Virus record (IMG/VR): IMGVR_UViG_3300012942_000071
Location: 1-43,452 of that record
Reading direction: 5' to 3' (one strand)
DNA from: a virus
Lineage: Duplodnaviria > Caudoviricetes
Length of the DNA: 43,452 bases
In this document: in pieces, positions 10,652 to 17,405 of the stretch
Numbering within the stretch: the stretch's first letter is position 1
How the letters are laid out: each line of letters starts with the position of its first letter
Notes under the pieces: model-generated
Database searches by the model: none
What the model saw: only the letters and a program-made list of their open reading frames with translations
What the model was told of the DNA's origin: nothing
Position numbers and translations under genes: made by a program

Positions 10652-10712
10652 ACAGTAACTTACATTTTATTAAGATTTATGATACCATTGATTGAAAGGA
10701 TTTTGAGGGTAC

Positions 10713-11594
10713 ATGACAGCTAATACTTCACCGGACAATATACCGTATCCCACATCGGGTGATCAGGTAGCGCCTCTGGAAACTACGCTCGCCAATATGG
10801 CGACCGGCATTCAGAGCGCATTTACAGCCTACAAGACAACTGTAAACAATCAGCTTGTTTCCGGCTCGGTTCAGCTAGCCGCTAGCGCTGCCGCCAGGGA
10901 TGCATTGTTCCCCGCGCCGGTACAGGGTAACCGCGTGTTCAGAACAGACCTTATGATGGAACAAACCTACTTTGGTTTGTACAATAGTTCCACTAACCCG
11001 CGTGGTCGTCGCGTAGCTGGTTGGGCTCCTAGCCCCGAAGGAAACACTTCTAGGCTTATCCCTACTGGTACTACCCCTGTCTCCGTGACGGGCTCTGGTG
11101 CGACATTTACGGTAGATGAATATGGGCACGTTAGAGCTACAAGCGCATCTGGCGTTCAGCTAAACGGCGTGCTGCTACGCGGTGTGAGACGACACATCAT
11201 TAGGGTTTGGCAGGGCAAGACCGGTGCTAACTTCGGTAAGCTAAGATTCGCAACTGCTGGTGCTTTGCACACTACTGGATATGCTCGTCAGTATAGCGGT
11301 ATCACAGACTCTAGCCTTAACTCCGGTGGTGGTGGAGACGACGGCATTCCGTACATTGGATCAGGTGACCTACCAGGAATGGCTACTATCGAGGTAGTCG
11401 GTGCGACGGATAACCCAGCATCTAGTGTGTACGTAGCGAGCTTCGGCGGCGTCACGCGAAGCACAAACATTCCAGAAAGCAACTTGTCTGTGGGTAACAC
11501 AACCTATTCAGCATCTGACAATGATGGATTCTCCGTGTACAACAATGACGGATCGCTTACCACTTGGGACGTTACCGTAGAGGCGGTTTACTAA
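10713..11594 (+). CDS. Minor tail / fibre protein
   Basis: ASAAARDALFPAPVQGNRVFRTD motif typical of actinophage tail fibres; last gene before lysin. Confidence 0.65.
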   Translation: MTANTSPDNIPYPTSGDQVAPLETTLANMATGIQSAFTAYKTTVNNQLVSGSVQLAASAAARDALFPAPVQGNRVFRTDLMMEQTYFGLYNSSTNPRGRRVAGWAPSPEGNTSRLIPTGTTPVSVTGSGATFTVDEYGHVRATSASGVQLNGVLLRGVRRHIIRVWQGKTGANFGKLRFATAGALHTTGYARQYSGITDSSLNSGGGGDDGIPYIGSGDLPGMATIEVVGATDNPASSVYVASFGGVTRSTNIPESNLSVGNTTYSASDNDGFSVYNNDGSLTTWDVTVEAVY

Positions 11595-12589
11595 TGGGCT
11601 GGGCAGGATATGATCGTCTATCCGTAGACGTTGCCTATTACCAGGGCGATTACTGGCCCGATGGTAATGTGTACGGTGTTATCGTCAATGTGGCTCGCGG
11701 TAACCAGGGCTCATACCAGGAAACAACATGGGGCGCTAAGCAAGTTGCCAATGCTCGCAACGCTGGTAAAGCCGTAGGGTTCTATTTCTTCAACGGTAAT
11801 CTTAATGCTTACACCTGCGGAACCTTGTTTGCCGCTACGTGCCGCAAGCTTGGCTTCGATCCCGCCACGGACATTATTGCCATTGACTGTGAGGATGAAG
11901 GCGACACCGGTACACACGCTTGGGGTCCAGGTGAGTGCACAGATTTCGTAGATGGTTTCTATGCTGTTATGGGTGGTAGCTTCGGCTGGAACAATGTACT
12001 GATCTACATGAACTACACAGTTAACCGTAGATTCGACTGGTCAAACCCTGTTAGGTTCGGCGCGAAGCTTTGGTATGCACGTCCAGGTCACTCGGTAGAT
12101 CAAATCTACTGGCCTGTAACAACCATGAAGCAAGATGGTTTGTATGGCGGTGTTGACGCTGACGGACATAACTTAACATACAATGAAATGATTGGCGCTA
12201 CTACACCGCCTAAAAAGAAAGGTAAAAACGGAATGACAACGCTGTATTATTCAAGCGTTCCTAACCCTGTTCCTGACGACTACAAGGCCGTTGGAGCAGT
12301 GCCTGGTTACATCTGGGCGCTAGCCGGGGATGGAATGGGGCGCGCCGCGTTCCACGAGACACAAGACCCTACCGTGGCAAACGGTTGGGCCGGTCAGATT
12401 TCTATTTCCCAGAATTCTATCTGGCTTACGTGGGAATCATATCAGACCTACAAGAAGGACTATCTCGAAGGCGCAGCAGCAGCTAACGTAAACGTTGAGA
12501 TTGATTCTGCCGCCCTTTCAAGTGCTGTTAAGGAAGCTGTCAGCGATCTGAGCTTCGATCTTTCAGGGACACTTAAGGAGAGTAAGTAA
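11594..12589 (+). CDS. Endolysin, GH25 muramidase-like plus C-terminal domain
   Basis: VDVAYYQG, VGFYFF and IAIDCED (DxE) motifs; TAATG coupling. Confidence 0.85.
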   Translation: MGWAGYDRLSVDVAYYQGDYWPDGNVYGVIVNVARGNQGSYQETTWGAKQVANARNAGKAVGFYFFNGNLNAYTCGTLFAATCRKLGFDPATDIIAIDCEDEGDTGTHAWGPGECTDFVDGFYAVMGGSFGWNNVLIYMNYTVNRRFDWSNPVRFGAKLWYARPGHSVDQIYWPVTTMKQDGLYGGVDADGHNLTYNEMIGATTPPKKKGKNGMTTLYYSSVPNPVPDDYKAVGAVPGYIWALAGDGMGRAAFHETQDPTVANGWAGQISISQNSIWLTWESYQTYKKDYLEGAAAANVNVEIDSAALSSAVKEAVSDLSFDLSGTLKESK

Positions 12590-12590
12590 T

Positions 12591-13115
12591 ATGAGTCTTG
12601 CAGTTGGAACAGACGCACCTATGCCTGCTGCTACATCAACGTCTAACACAGACGCTTCGGCAGTGGCAGATGCTAATGCGAACGGCGTAAACGGTACACC
12701 GGCACCTGCTCAGGCAGCGCCAGTCACCGTGACGACTAACCCGGTTGTTATCAACCCGATTCTATCCAAGTACCTTACCGCGTTCATTCACATCGCTCTT
12801 GTTGTGCTGACCGCTGTTACCGCTATTACAGCCGGTGGTATCTGGAACTGGACTGTGGGCGTTCAGCTTGGCGTTCAGATCGTCGGTGCGTTCGGTGTGT
12901 ACTTTGTGCCGCTTGTTAACGCAAGGTGGCAGGGATGGGTTAAGACTGTTATTGCTATCGCAGTAGCTGCTGGAACCGTTGCCGCACCGTTGATCATCGA
13001 CGGGCACATTTCCGCTACTAACTGGATTGTTATTGGTGGTGCTGTTATTAACACCCTTGCTACTCAGCTTGGTATCGACACGCGCACTGACACTAACAAC
13101 AAGCTAGCGCAGTAA
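12591..13115 (+). CDS. Holin-like membrane protein
   Basis: About four hydrophobic segments directly after endolysin. Confidence 0.7.
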   Translation: MSLAVGTDAPMPAATSTSNTDASAVADANANGVNGTPAPAQAAPVTVTTNPVVINPILSKYLTAFIHIALVVLTAVTAITAGGIWNWTVGVQLGVQIVGAFGVYFVPLVNARWQGWVKTVIAIAVAAGTVAAPLIIDGHISATNWIVIGGAVINTLATQLGIDTRTDTNNKLAQ

Positions 13116-13119
13116 GCAA

Positions 13120-13566
13120 ATGTTCTCTCCCGACGAAAAGCCGGGACGACGTAAGAACTGGGGGGCAGCTTACATACTCTTGGCTCTGATGGGCCTGAGT
13201 GTGGTTCTGCCCCTTACTCGTCCTGTATCACTTGATCTAGGCTACACAATAACAATGGTGTGGGGATTCCTCATGCTGTTGGGTTACGGCTTGGCTGCTT
13301 GCGTGGCGTTCAGCGGTAATCGTATGATCTGGATTGAGAACTCAGCCGTTTGGTTGGGTAATACGGGCCTTTCTATATATGTTATAGCCGTCGTCCAATC
13401 AGTTGTTGTTGAAGATGTTCTCGGTAAAACAGCACAGGCAATGGGCTATGTGGCTTTGTTGACTCTTTTGGTATCTCGGGCCTTGAGAATGCAAAGATGG
13501 TTGCGACAGGAGCGCAGACTAAAAGAGATTATTAGAATAGCGGAAAAGAATAATGGACGGTACTAG
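13120..13566 (+). CDS. Multi-pass membrane protein (lysis cassette)
   Basis: About four TM segments, basic C-terminus. Confidence 0.7.
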   Translation: MFSPDEKPGRRKNWGAAYILLALMGLSVVLPLTRPVSLDLGYTITMVWGFLMLLGYGLAACVAFSGNRMIWIENSAVWLGNTGLSIYVIAVVQSVVVEDVLGKTAQAMGYVALLTLLVSRALRMQRWLRQERRLKEIIRIAEKNNGRY

Positions 13567-13996
13567 CAATGGTTTTGAGGGCATTACTAGTGAGCCGCTT
13601 CTGTTTGTGCTGTTCATCCTTGTTATTTTCTTCTCGTCTAACGCGCTCTGGGGAACAATCCAGAAATGGATCGAGCAACGTAAAAACAAGAAAGATGGAA
13701 AGCTAGACGAGCGCAAGCTGGATTTTGAAATAGACAAGTTTAACATTGAGACTATGCAACGCGCTATTATCTCGCAGAACAAGGATATAGAGCGTATGCG
13801 TAAGGATTTAACCAACACGCAGAACGAACTTTCTCAGGTTCGTAATGCACACATTCTTACTGCCGAGAAGAACGCGGCGATGTACCGATACATTGCCAAA
13901 AGCGTATCTCACAGAAAAATGGAAGGAGTCGCACTGATCCCCGTAGATGATGCTGACGTAAGCGTTATACCGGAGGTAGTTAACCTTTTGAGATAA
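13553..13996 (+). CDS. Single-TM coiled-coil protein (lysis cassette)
   Basis: N-terminal TM followed by heptad-like region. Confidence 0.7.
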   Translation: MDGTSNGFEGITSEPLLFVLFILVIFFSSNALWGTIQKWIEQRKNKKDGKLDERKLDFEIDKFNIETMQRAIISQNKDIERMRKDLTNTQNELSQVRNAHILTAEKNAAMYRYIAKSVSHRKMEGVALIPVDDADVSVIPEVVNLLR

Positions 13997-14021
13997 AGGT
14001 GGTGATCCGATTCTAGACTTA

Positions 14022-14065
14022 GCCCCCATGAGCAGATAATGGCTCGTGGGGGTTTCGTTGTTTTT
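14022..14065 (+). terminator. Terminator of late operon
   Basis: GCCCCCATGAGC-loop-GCTCGTGGGGGT then T-rich tail. Confidence 0.85.
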
Positions 14066-14119
14066 GTTAAGGTTTTGATAGCTTATATAACTTTATATAA
14101 AAACAAAAACTTAACAAAA
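14062..14119. repeat. AT-rich inverted repeat (15/16) flanking two TTATATAA palindromes
   Basis: TTTTGTTAAGGTTTTG 14062-14077 and CAAAAACTTAACAAAA 14104-14119. Confidence 0.7.
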
Positions 14120-14129
14120 TTTAAACAAT

Positions 14130-14172
14130 AAAAAACCCCGACCGCCACACATGATGTGCGCTGCGTCGGGGG
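14130..14172 (-). terminator. Terminator after tRNA-Trp
   Basis: CCCCGAC...GTCGGGG stem followed on - strand by T run. Confidence 0.7.
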
Positions 14173-14177
14173 ATAAG

Positions 14178-14248
14178 TGGCACGGCGACTAGGAATCGGA
14201 CCCAGCAAGACAAGGGTTGGAATCTCGTCAGCACCCAGTGCTCACCGC
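14178..14248 (-). tRNA. tRNA-Trp(CCA)
   Basis: Acceptor GCGGTGA/TCGCCGT, G73, encoded CCA, loop TT-CCA-AC. Confidence 0.8.
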
Positions 14249-14249
14249 G

Positions 14250-14328
14250 TGGACCATCAGAGAGTCGAACTCTGCTCCGTAGCCCTCCGTTTGTTGGTTT
14301 AAGCTACGTCGAAACCTTATTATGGCCC
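14250..14328 (-). ncRNA. Minimal tmRNA-like RNA (tRNA-like domain only)
   Basis: GGGCCAT/ATGGTCC-A with G3:U70; 13-nt stemless D-loop ending GGTTTCGA; helix CGTAGCTT/GGGCTACG; GAG linker; T arm CAGAG-TTCGACT-CTCTG; no tag ORF. Confidence 0.85.
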
Positions 14329-14367
14329 TAACAGCAAGAGGCCCCCGCGCGGAGCCCCTGCTTTATT

Positions 14368-14376
14368 ATTCTATCA
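14368..14376 (-). promoter_or_regulatory. Extended -10 promoter (TG-A-TAGAAT) for mini-tmRNA/tRNA-Trp unit
   Basis: Consensus-like -10 followed by GC-rich leader hairpin 14333-14362. Confidence 0.6.
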
Positions 14377-14378
14377 CA

Positions 14379-14564
14379 TTAGTACAAGATCGAGAAGACA
14401 CTGACGATACCGGCAGCAAGACCGAACGTGAGAAACCCCAAGGACAACCACATACCCTTCGTACCGCGCGGACTGGTCTTGTTGAAGTAAAGACCGGTCA
14501 AGATGCACATGCTACTAGTGAATAGTAGCATGGCATCAGCAAGGTAATCAACTAACGTGTTCAT
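14379..14564 (-). CDS. Small two-TM membrane protein
   Basis: 61 aa hydrophobic ORF, ATGA overlap. Confidence 0.65.
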   Translation of the reverse strand: MNTLVDYLADAMLLFTSSMCILTGLYFNKTSPRGTKGMWLSLGFLTFGLAAGIVSVFSILY

Positions 14565-14749
14565 GGCATCTGTTGGTACTTACGGGAAATCTCTGCTGAC
14601 TCAGGATCGTTGATAGGTAAATCCCTCACTTCTGCCCACCAACCTTCTATGTCCTTGATACCCGCGATGGTGGCTACCATACGAATCCAAGTCGTAGGCA
14701 TAACACTGTCAGGAAATATCTCTGGCTTACGCTTTCTGCGACCAAACAC
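14561..14749 (-). CDS. Hypothetical protein
   Basis: GAGG RBS, tight packing. Confidence 0.6.
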   Translation of the reverse strand: MFGRRKRKPEIFPDSVMPTTWIRMVATIAGIKDIEGWWAEVRDLPINDPESAEISRKYQQMP

Positions 14750-14750
14750 G

Positions 14751-15641
14751 TTACCTCGCCTCTCGCGTCTTTACCGAGTCGGCCAGCCTCTGTGTACCCC
14801 GTGACCATCCTTCACAAGTGTCACAGCAATACAGTGCATAAGTCTGGTTGAGCGTGTGGTACTCTCCGTCACGGACGAGTGCTTTGCTTCCGCAGTAAGG
14901 ACATAACGTACCGCCGCCAGCAAACATCGCAGCGTGTGGAACATGCTTAAGCCAAGGAAGCAACCGAGTATACAAGCGCTCAGTAAGTTTAACGTCCTGT
15001 AGGTTGTATTCACGCATTTCCTCCCAAGCTTCCGGATCGTTCTGCTCAAAGCATCTAACCCACAGGTCCATGCCCGAATGCTTGTTCTTTTCACCTTCGC
15101 CAACAAACTGAGCAAGGTAGTCCAGCTTCCGCGACGGAAGATCGAACTGTGCCCTGTTTGTCTTGATCAGGTCAATACTCTTGTACGGCTTAGGCGGACC
15201 CATGCGCAACTCTAGAAACTCGTTATTGAGCCTCTTGAAGTCATACCGGTCACCGTTGTAGGTGATCACGATATCGGCTTCTGAGAGCAGTTTATGTACC
15301 TCCCTAACCATGTTCTCATGGCCGTCGTGAAAGTCACTCAGAAAGCCTGTGGTGGCTTCTCCGAGCCATTTGTAGGCGACGCAAATCATGCCGCCGTTCT
15401 CTTTGATTTGGTTGATACCGATGTTCTGGTTGAACAGCCCCCAAGTGTAAACCGTAAGAGGCTTACTCTCGATATCAATTGTTAGGATACGCGGATTGGC
15501 GTTTTCATCATCCGGCAGCGTGTGATACAGCGCACGATACTTGTTGATTGTTGACTTGCCAACGCCGAGATACTTTGCGGCAGAACGGGACGGTAGCCCG
15601 GACACCCTATCTAGTTCGCTCTTAGTCAGTACCCGACTCAT
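14751..15641 (-). CDS. DnaQ/RNase H-like 3'-5' exonuclease with N-terminal HTH and C-terminal Zn ribbon
   Basis: TIDIES, YNGDRYD, YNLQDV exo motifs; RSAAKYLGVGKSTI HTH; CPYC...CDTC. Confidence 0.85.
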   Translation of the reverse strand: MSRVLTKSELDRVSGLPSRSAAKYLGVGKSTINKYRALYHTLPDDENANPRILTIDIESKPLTVYTWGLFNQNIGINQIKENGGMICVAYKWLGEATTGFLSDFHDGHENMVREVHKLLSEADIVITYNGDRYDFKRLNNEFLELRMGPPKPYKSIDLIKTNRAQFDLPSRKLDYLAQFVGEGEKNKHSGMDLWVRCFEQNDPEAWEEMREYNLQDVKLTERLYTRLLPWLKHVPHAAMFAGGGTLCPYCGSKALVRDGEYHTLNQTYALYCCDTCEGWSRGTQRLADSVKTREAR

Positions 15642-15795
15642 TAAACACCTTTTTCAGAATATTGTAAAGTTCGCGAGCTTCGTCGGAACTGTACCAATGG
15701 AGAACTTTGCCGTTAAGAAATGTATGATCTACTTGTCCATCTATGAACTCGACTGTTACTTCGTCACGGTAGTTCTTGTCAAGCAGTTTTGCCAT
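15622..15795 (-). CDS. 57 aa hypothetical protein (not in ORF track)
   Basis: AAGGAGGT RBS then MAKLLDKNYRDEVTVEF...SDEARELYNILKKVFNESGTD. Confidence 0.75.
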   Translation of the reverse strand: MAKLLDKNYRDEVTVEFIDGQVDHTFLNGKVLHWYSSDEARELYNILKKVFNESGTD

Positions 15796-15817
15796 GTTAC
15801 CTCCTTGTCAACTGTGT

Positions 15818-15862
15818 AGTCTACCATAGGCACAGAAAAACCGCCAGCATGTGCTGACGGTT
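15818..15862 (-). terminator. Terminator ending tRNA array, followed by extended -10 (TGGTAGACT)
   Basis: CCGTCAGCA-CA-TGCTGGCGG then TTTTTCT. Confidence 0.8.
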
Positions 15863-15864
15863 AT

Positions 15865-15941
15865 TGGTTGGGGAAGTGAGATTCGAACTCACTGTTTCGA
15901 TCTTATCAGAATCGCACCTATACCATATTGGAGTTTCCCCA
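15865..15941 (-). tRNA. tRNA-Ile(GAT)
   Basis: CGATT-CTGATAA-GATCG arm; T arm GTGAG-TTCGAAT-CTCAC; CCA; weak D arm. Confidence 0.8.
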
Positions 15942-15944
15942 AAG

Positions 15945-16016
15945 AGTGTTATGGCCGCTGTCCTAGCTAAAGGGAGTGCTCTTAGTTTAAAGGTAGAACC
16001 GTCCTCACCATAACAC
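15945..16016 (-). ncRNA. Unknown structured RNA A
   Basis: 9-bp closing stem GTGTTATGG/CCATAACAC, tRNA-sized, no T arm. Confidence 0.45.
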
Positions 16017-16018
16017 AG

Positions 16019-16094
16019 CCCCGGTCAAGGGATTCGAACCCCCATTTTCATCCATTACCGTTTACTGCTTAGAACACAGCGCGGTTACACCGGG
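16019..16094 (-). tRNA. Non-canonical tRNA-Arg(TCT)-like RNA with rewired D-arm
   Basis: Acceptor and T arm present; ACCG before and CGGT-AATGGA after the anticodon arm GCTGT-GTTCTAA-GCAGT. Confidence 0.7.
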
Positions 16095-16095
16095 T

Positions 16096-16169
16096 TGGAG
16101 GTAGATACCGGAGTCGAACCGGTCTATTTCGTTTTGCAGACGATAGGCTAGCCGATCACCCAATCTACC
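16096..16169 (-). tRNA. tRNA-Cys(GCA)
   Basis: GGTAGAT/ATCTACC, U73, CCA, loop CT-GCA-AA. Confidence 0.9.
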
Positions 16170-16170
16170 G

Positions 16171-16246
16171 TACCGGGTCCGGGGCTTGAACCCGGCTGAA
16201 CCTGATACCCTTTCAACATCTTATAAGGATGAGGGGATAACCCGGC
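16171..16246 (-). tRNA. Non-canonical tRNA-Ile(TAT)-like RNA with rewired D-arm
   Basis: GCCGGGT/ACCCGGT-A; CATC-CTTATAA-GATG; CCC...GGG-TATCAGG; T arm CCGGG-TTCAAGC-CCCGG. Confidence 0.75.
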
Positions 16247-16247
16247 T

Positions 16248-16321
16248 TGGTAGGCCCCCAGGGTACTGACCCCTGTTCCAGAGATTAAAAGTCAATTGCA
16301 TCACCTTAATGCTTGAGGCCC
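16248..16321 (-). tRNA. tRNA-Lys(TTT), degenerate
   Basis: Loop CT-TTT-AA, CCA; mismatched anticodon stem; T loop GTCAGTA. Confidence 0.65.
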
Positions 16322-16334
16322 ATGTTTAGTTGTT

Positions 16335-16413
16335 TGGCACGCGGGGCAGAAATCGAATCTGCAATGGCTGCTGATTCAAAGTCAGCGCTGCTACCGCCAG
16401 TGGACACCCGCGT
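16335..16413 (-). tRNA. tRNA-Gln(TTG)
   Basis: GCTGA-CTTTGAA-TCAGC; ACGCGGG/CCCGCGT-G-CCA. Confidence 0.85.
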
Positions 16414-16418
16414 AAAAG

Positions 16419-16491
16419 CTCTACCGCCCGAAGTCGAATCGAGACTAACAGGGTCAGAACCTGTCGTGCTACCTGATTACACTACGGTAGA
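16419..16491 (-). tRNA. tRNA-Gln(CTG)
   Basis: ACAGG-TTCTGAC-CCTGT; canonical D arm. Confidence 0.9.
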
Positions 16492-16493
16492 AG

Positions 16494-16566
16494 TGCGCCC
16501 GAGAGGATTCGAACCTCTAGTCTATTGGGTCGTAACCAATCGCAGTTTCCGTTGTGCTACGAGCGC
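16494..16566 (-). tRNA. tRNA-Arg(ACG)
   Basis: ATTGG-TTACGAC-CCAAT; canonical cloverleaf. Confidence 0.9.
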
Positions 16567-16569
16567 AAG

Positions 16570-16716
16570 TGTCCCCCAATTAAATTTCGATAGAGGATTT
16601 CTTGTCCCCCGAGAACGGTTTAACACGCCGCTCAACGCTCCCCAGCCATTCACAGGGCTTCTGCAACATTAAGCTGAACACATACGTCAGCGGTCAGTTG
16701 CGGTTGCACAATGTTT
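16570..16716 (-). ncRNA. Unknown structured RNA B
   Basis: Nested and tandem hairpins filling a ~155-nt gap between tRNAs. Confidence 0.45.
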
Positions 16717-16726
16717 AATTAGGTTG

Positions 16727-16797
16727 CTCCCCGCCGAGGTACCGAGCCTCGTCCAAGTCGTTAACAGCGACACATGCAGCCTTTACACCTGCGGGGA
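16727..16797 (-). tRNA. tRNA-Asn(GTT)
   Basis: GTCG-CTGTTAA-CGAC; TCCCCGC/GCGGGGA-G; T loop CTCGGTA. Confidence 0.8.
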
Positions 16798-16801
16798 ATA
16801 A

Positions 16802-16854
16802 GCGACAGTTTAACCCTAGGGTATCAGTTCAGCTTTCGCTCCGGCAACTGTCAG
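16802..16854 (-). ncRNA. Unknown structured RNA C
   Basis: GACAGTT/AACTGTC stem enclosing AGC-GAAA-GCT and ACC-CTAG-GGT hairpins. Confidence 0.45.
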
Positions 16855-16858
16855 CCGT

Positions 16859-16931
16859 TGGTCCTCTCGGTAGTATTCGAAACCACTTAGCTTCCGTGTA
16901 AGAGAAGTTAGCACAACCTATGCGCAAGAGG
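16859..16931 (-). tRNA. tRNA-Val(TAC)
   Basis: CTTCT-CTTACAC-GGAAG; CCTCTTG/CGAGAGG-A-CCA. Confidence 0.8.
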
Positions 16932-16932
16932 A

Positions 16933-17009
16933 TGGAGCCCTCGGAGTGAATCGAACACTCTGCTTACTGTTTACAAGACAGTCCCATATGCCATTTTTGG
17001 ATCGAGGGC
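16933..17009 (-). tRNA. tRNA-Thr(TGT)
   Basis: ACTGT-CTTGTAA-ACAGT; GCCCTCG/CGAGGGC; CCA. Confidence 0.85.
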
Positions 17010-17027
17010 AAGTATTAAATTGTCAAG

Positions 17028-17101
17028 AGGGATATGAGAGAATTGAACTCTCACCTGCTGTTTGGAAGACAGTTATGCAGAAACCACTACACCAATATCC
17101 C
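17028..17101 (-). tRNA. tRNA-Gly(TCC)
   Basis: Loop CT-TCC-AA; GGGATAT/ATATCCC, U73. Confidence 0.9.
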
Positions 17102-17105
17102 AAAG

Positions 17106-17176
17106 TACCCCCGCACAGAATTGAACTGTGCTTCACTGCTTAAGAGGCAGCTAGATCGCCACTATCTTTCAGGGGT
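17106..17176 (-). tRNA. tRNA-Lys(CTT)
   Basis: CTGC-CTCTTAA-GCAG; T arm CACAG-TTCAATT-CTGTG. Confidence 0.85.
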
Positions 17177-17211
17177 GTGTATTTAGTTATCAAATCGACC
17201 AAAGTAAATTT

Positions 17212-17282
17212 CAGTATCATCGGGACTCGAACCCAAACCTCCGGTTTCAAGGACCGGAGTGCTGCCATTACACCATGTTACG
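17212..17282 (-). tRNA. Atypical tRNA, Gln(TTG)-like with C33 and mismatched acceptor
   Basis: Gln-type D arm TGGTGTAATGGCAGCAC; CCGGT-CCTTGAA-ACCGG; canonical T arm. Confidence 0.6.
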
Positions 17283-17303
17283 TGATGTTTAATTTGGTAC
17301 TCG

Positions 17304-17387
17304 CGGACCAGGGAGAATTCGAATCTCATGCCTTTCGGCACCATCAAATTAGCAGTTTGAGGCCAACCCTGTTGACTTCCGTGATCC
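17304..17387 (-). tRNA. tRNA-Ser(GCT), atypical 8/4-like fold
   Basis: TCAAA-CTGCTAA-TTTGA; variable arm TGCC-GAAA-GGCA; G73. Confidence 0.8.
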
Positions 17388-17405
17388 ATGTATTAAGTTA
17401 GTAAA

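Noticed and set aside
14178-14376. Permuted two-piece tmRNA, or integration-site remnant of a tmRNA gene
   Set aside because: The 5' and 3' parts are in normal order and joined by a short loop; no tag ORF or integrase nearby; an att remnant would keep only one end.
16019-16094. Amber suppressor or Pyl tRNA (CTA) suggesting stop-codon recoding
   Set aside because: The best stem centres the loop as GT-TCT-AA; genes translate intact in the standard code and TAG is used as a stop (e.g. 19314).
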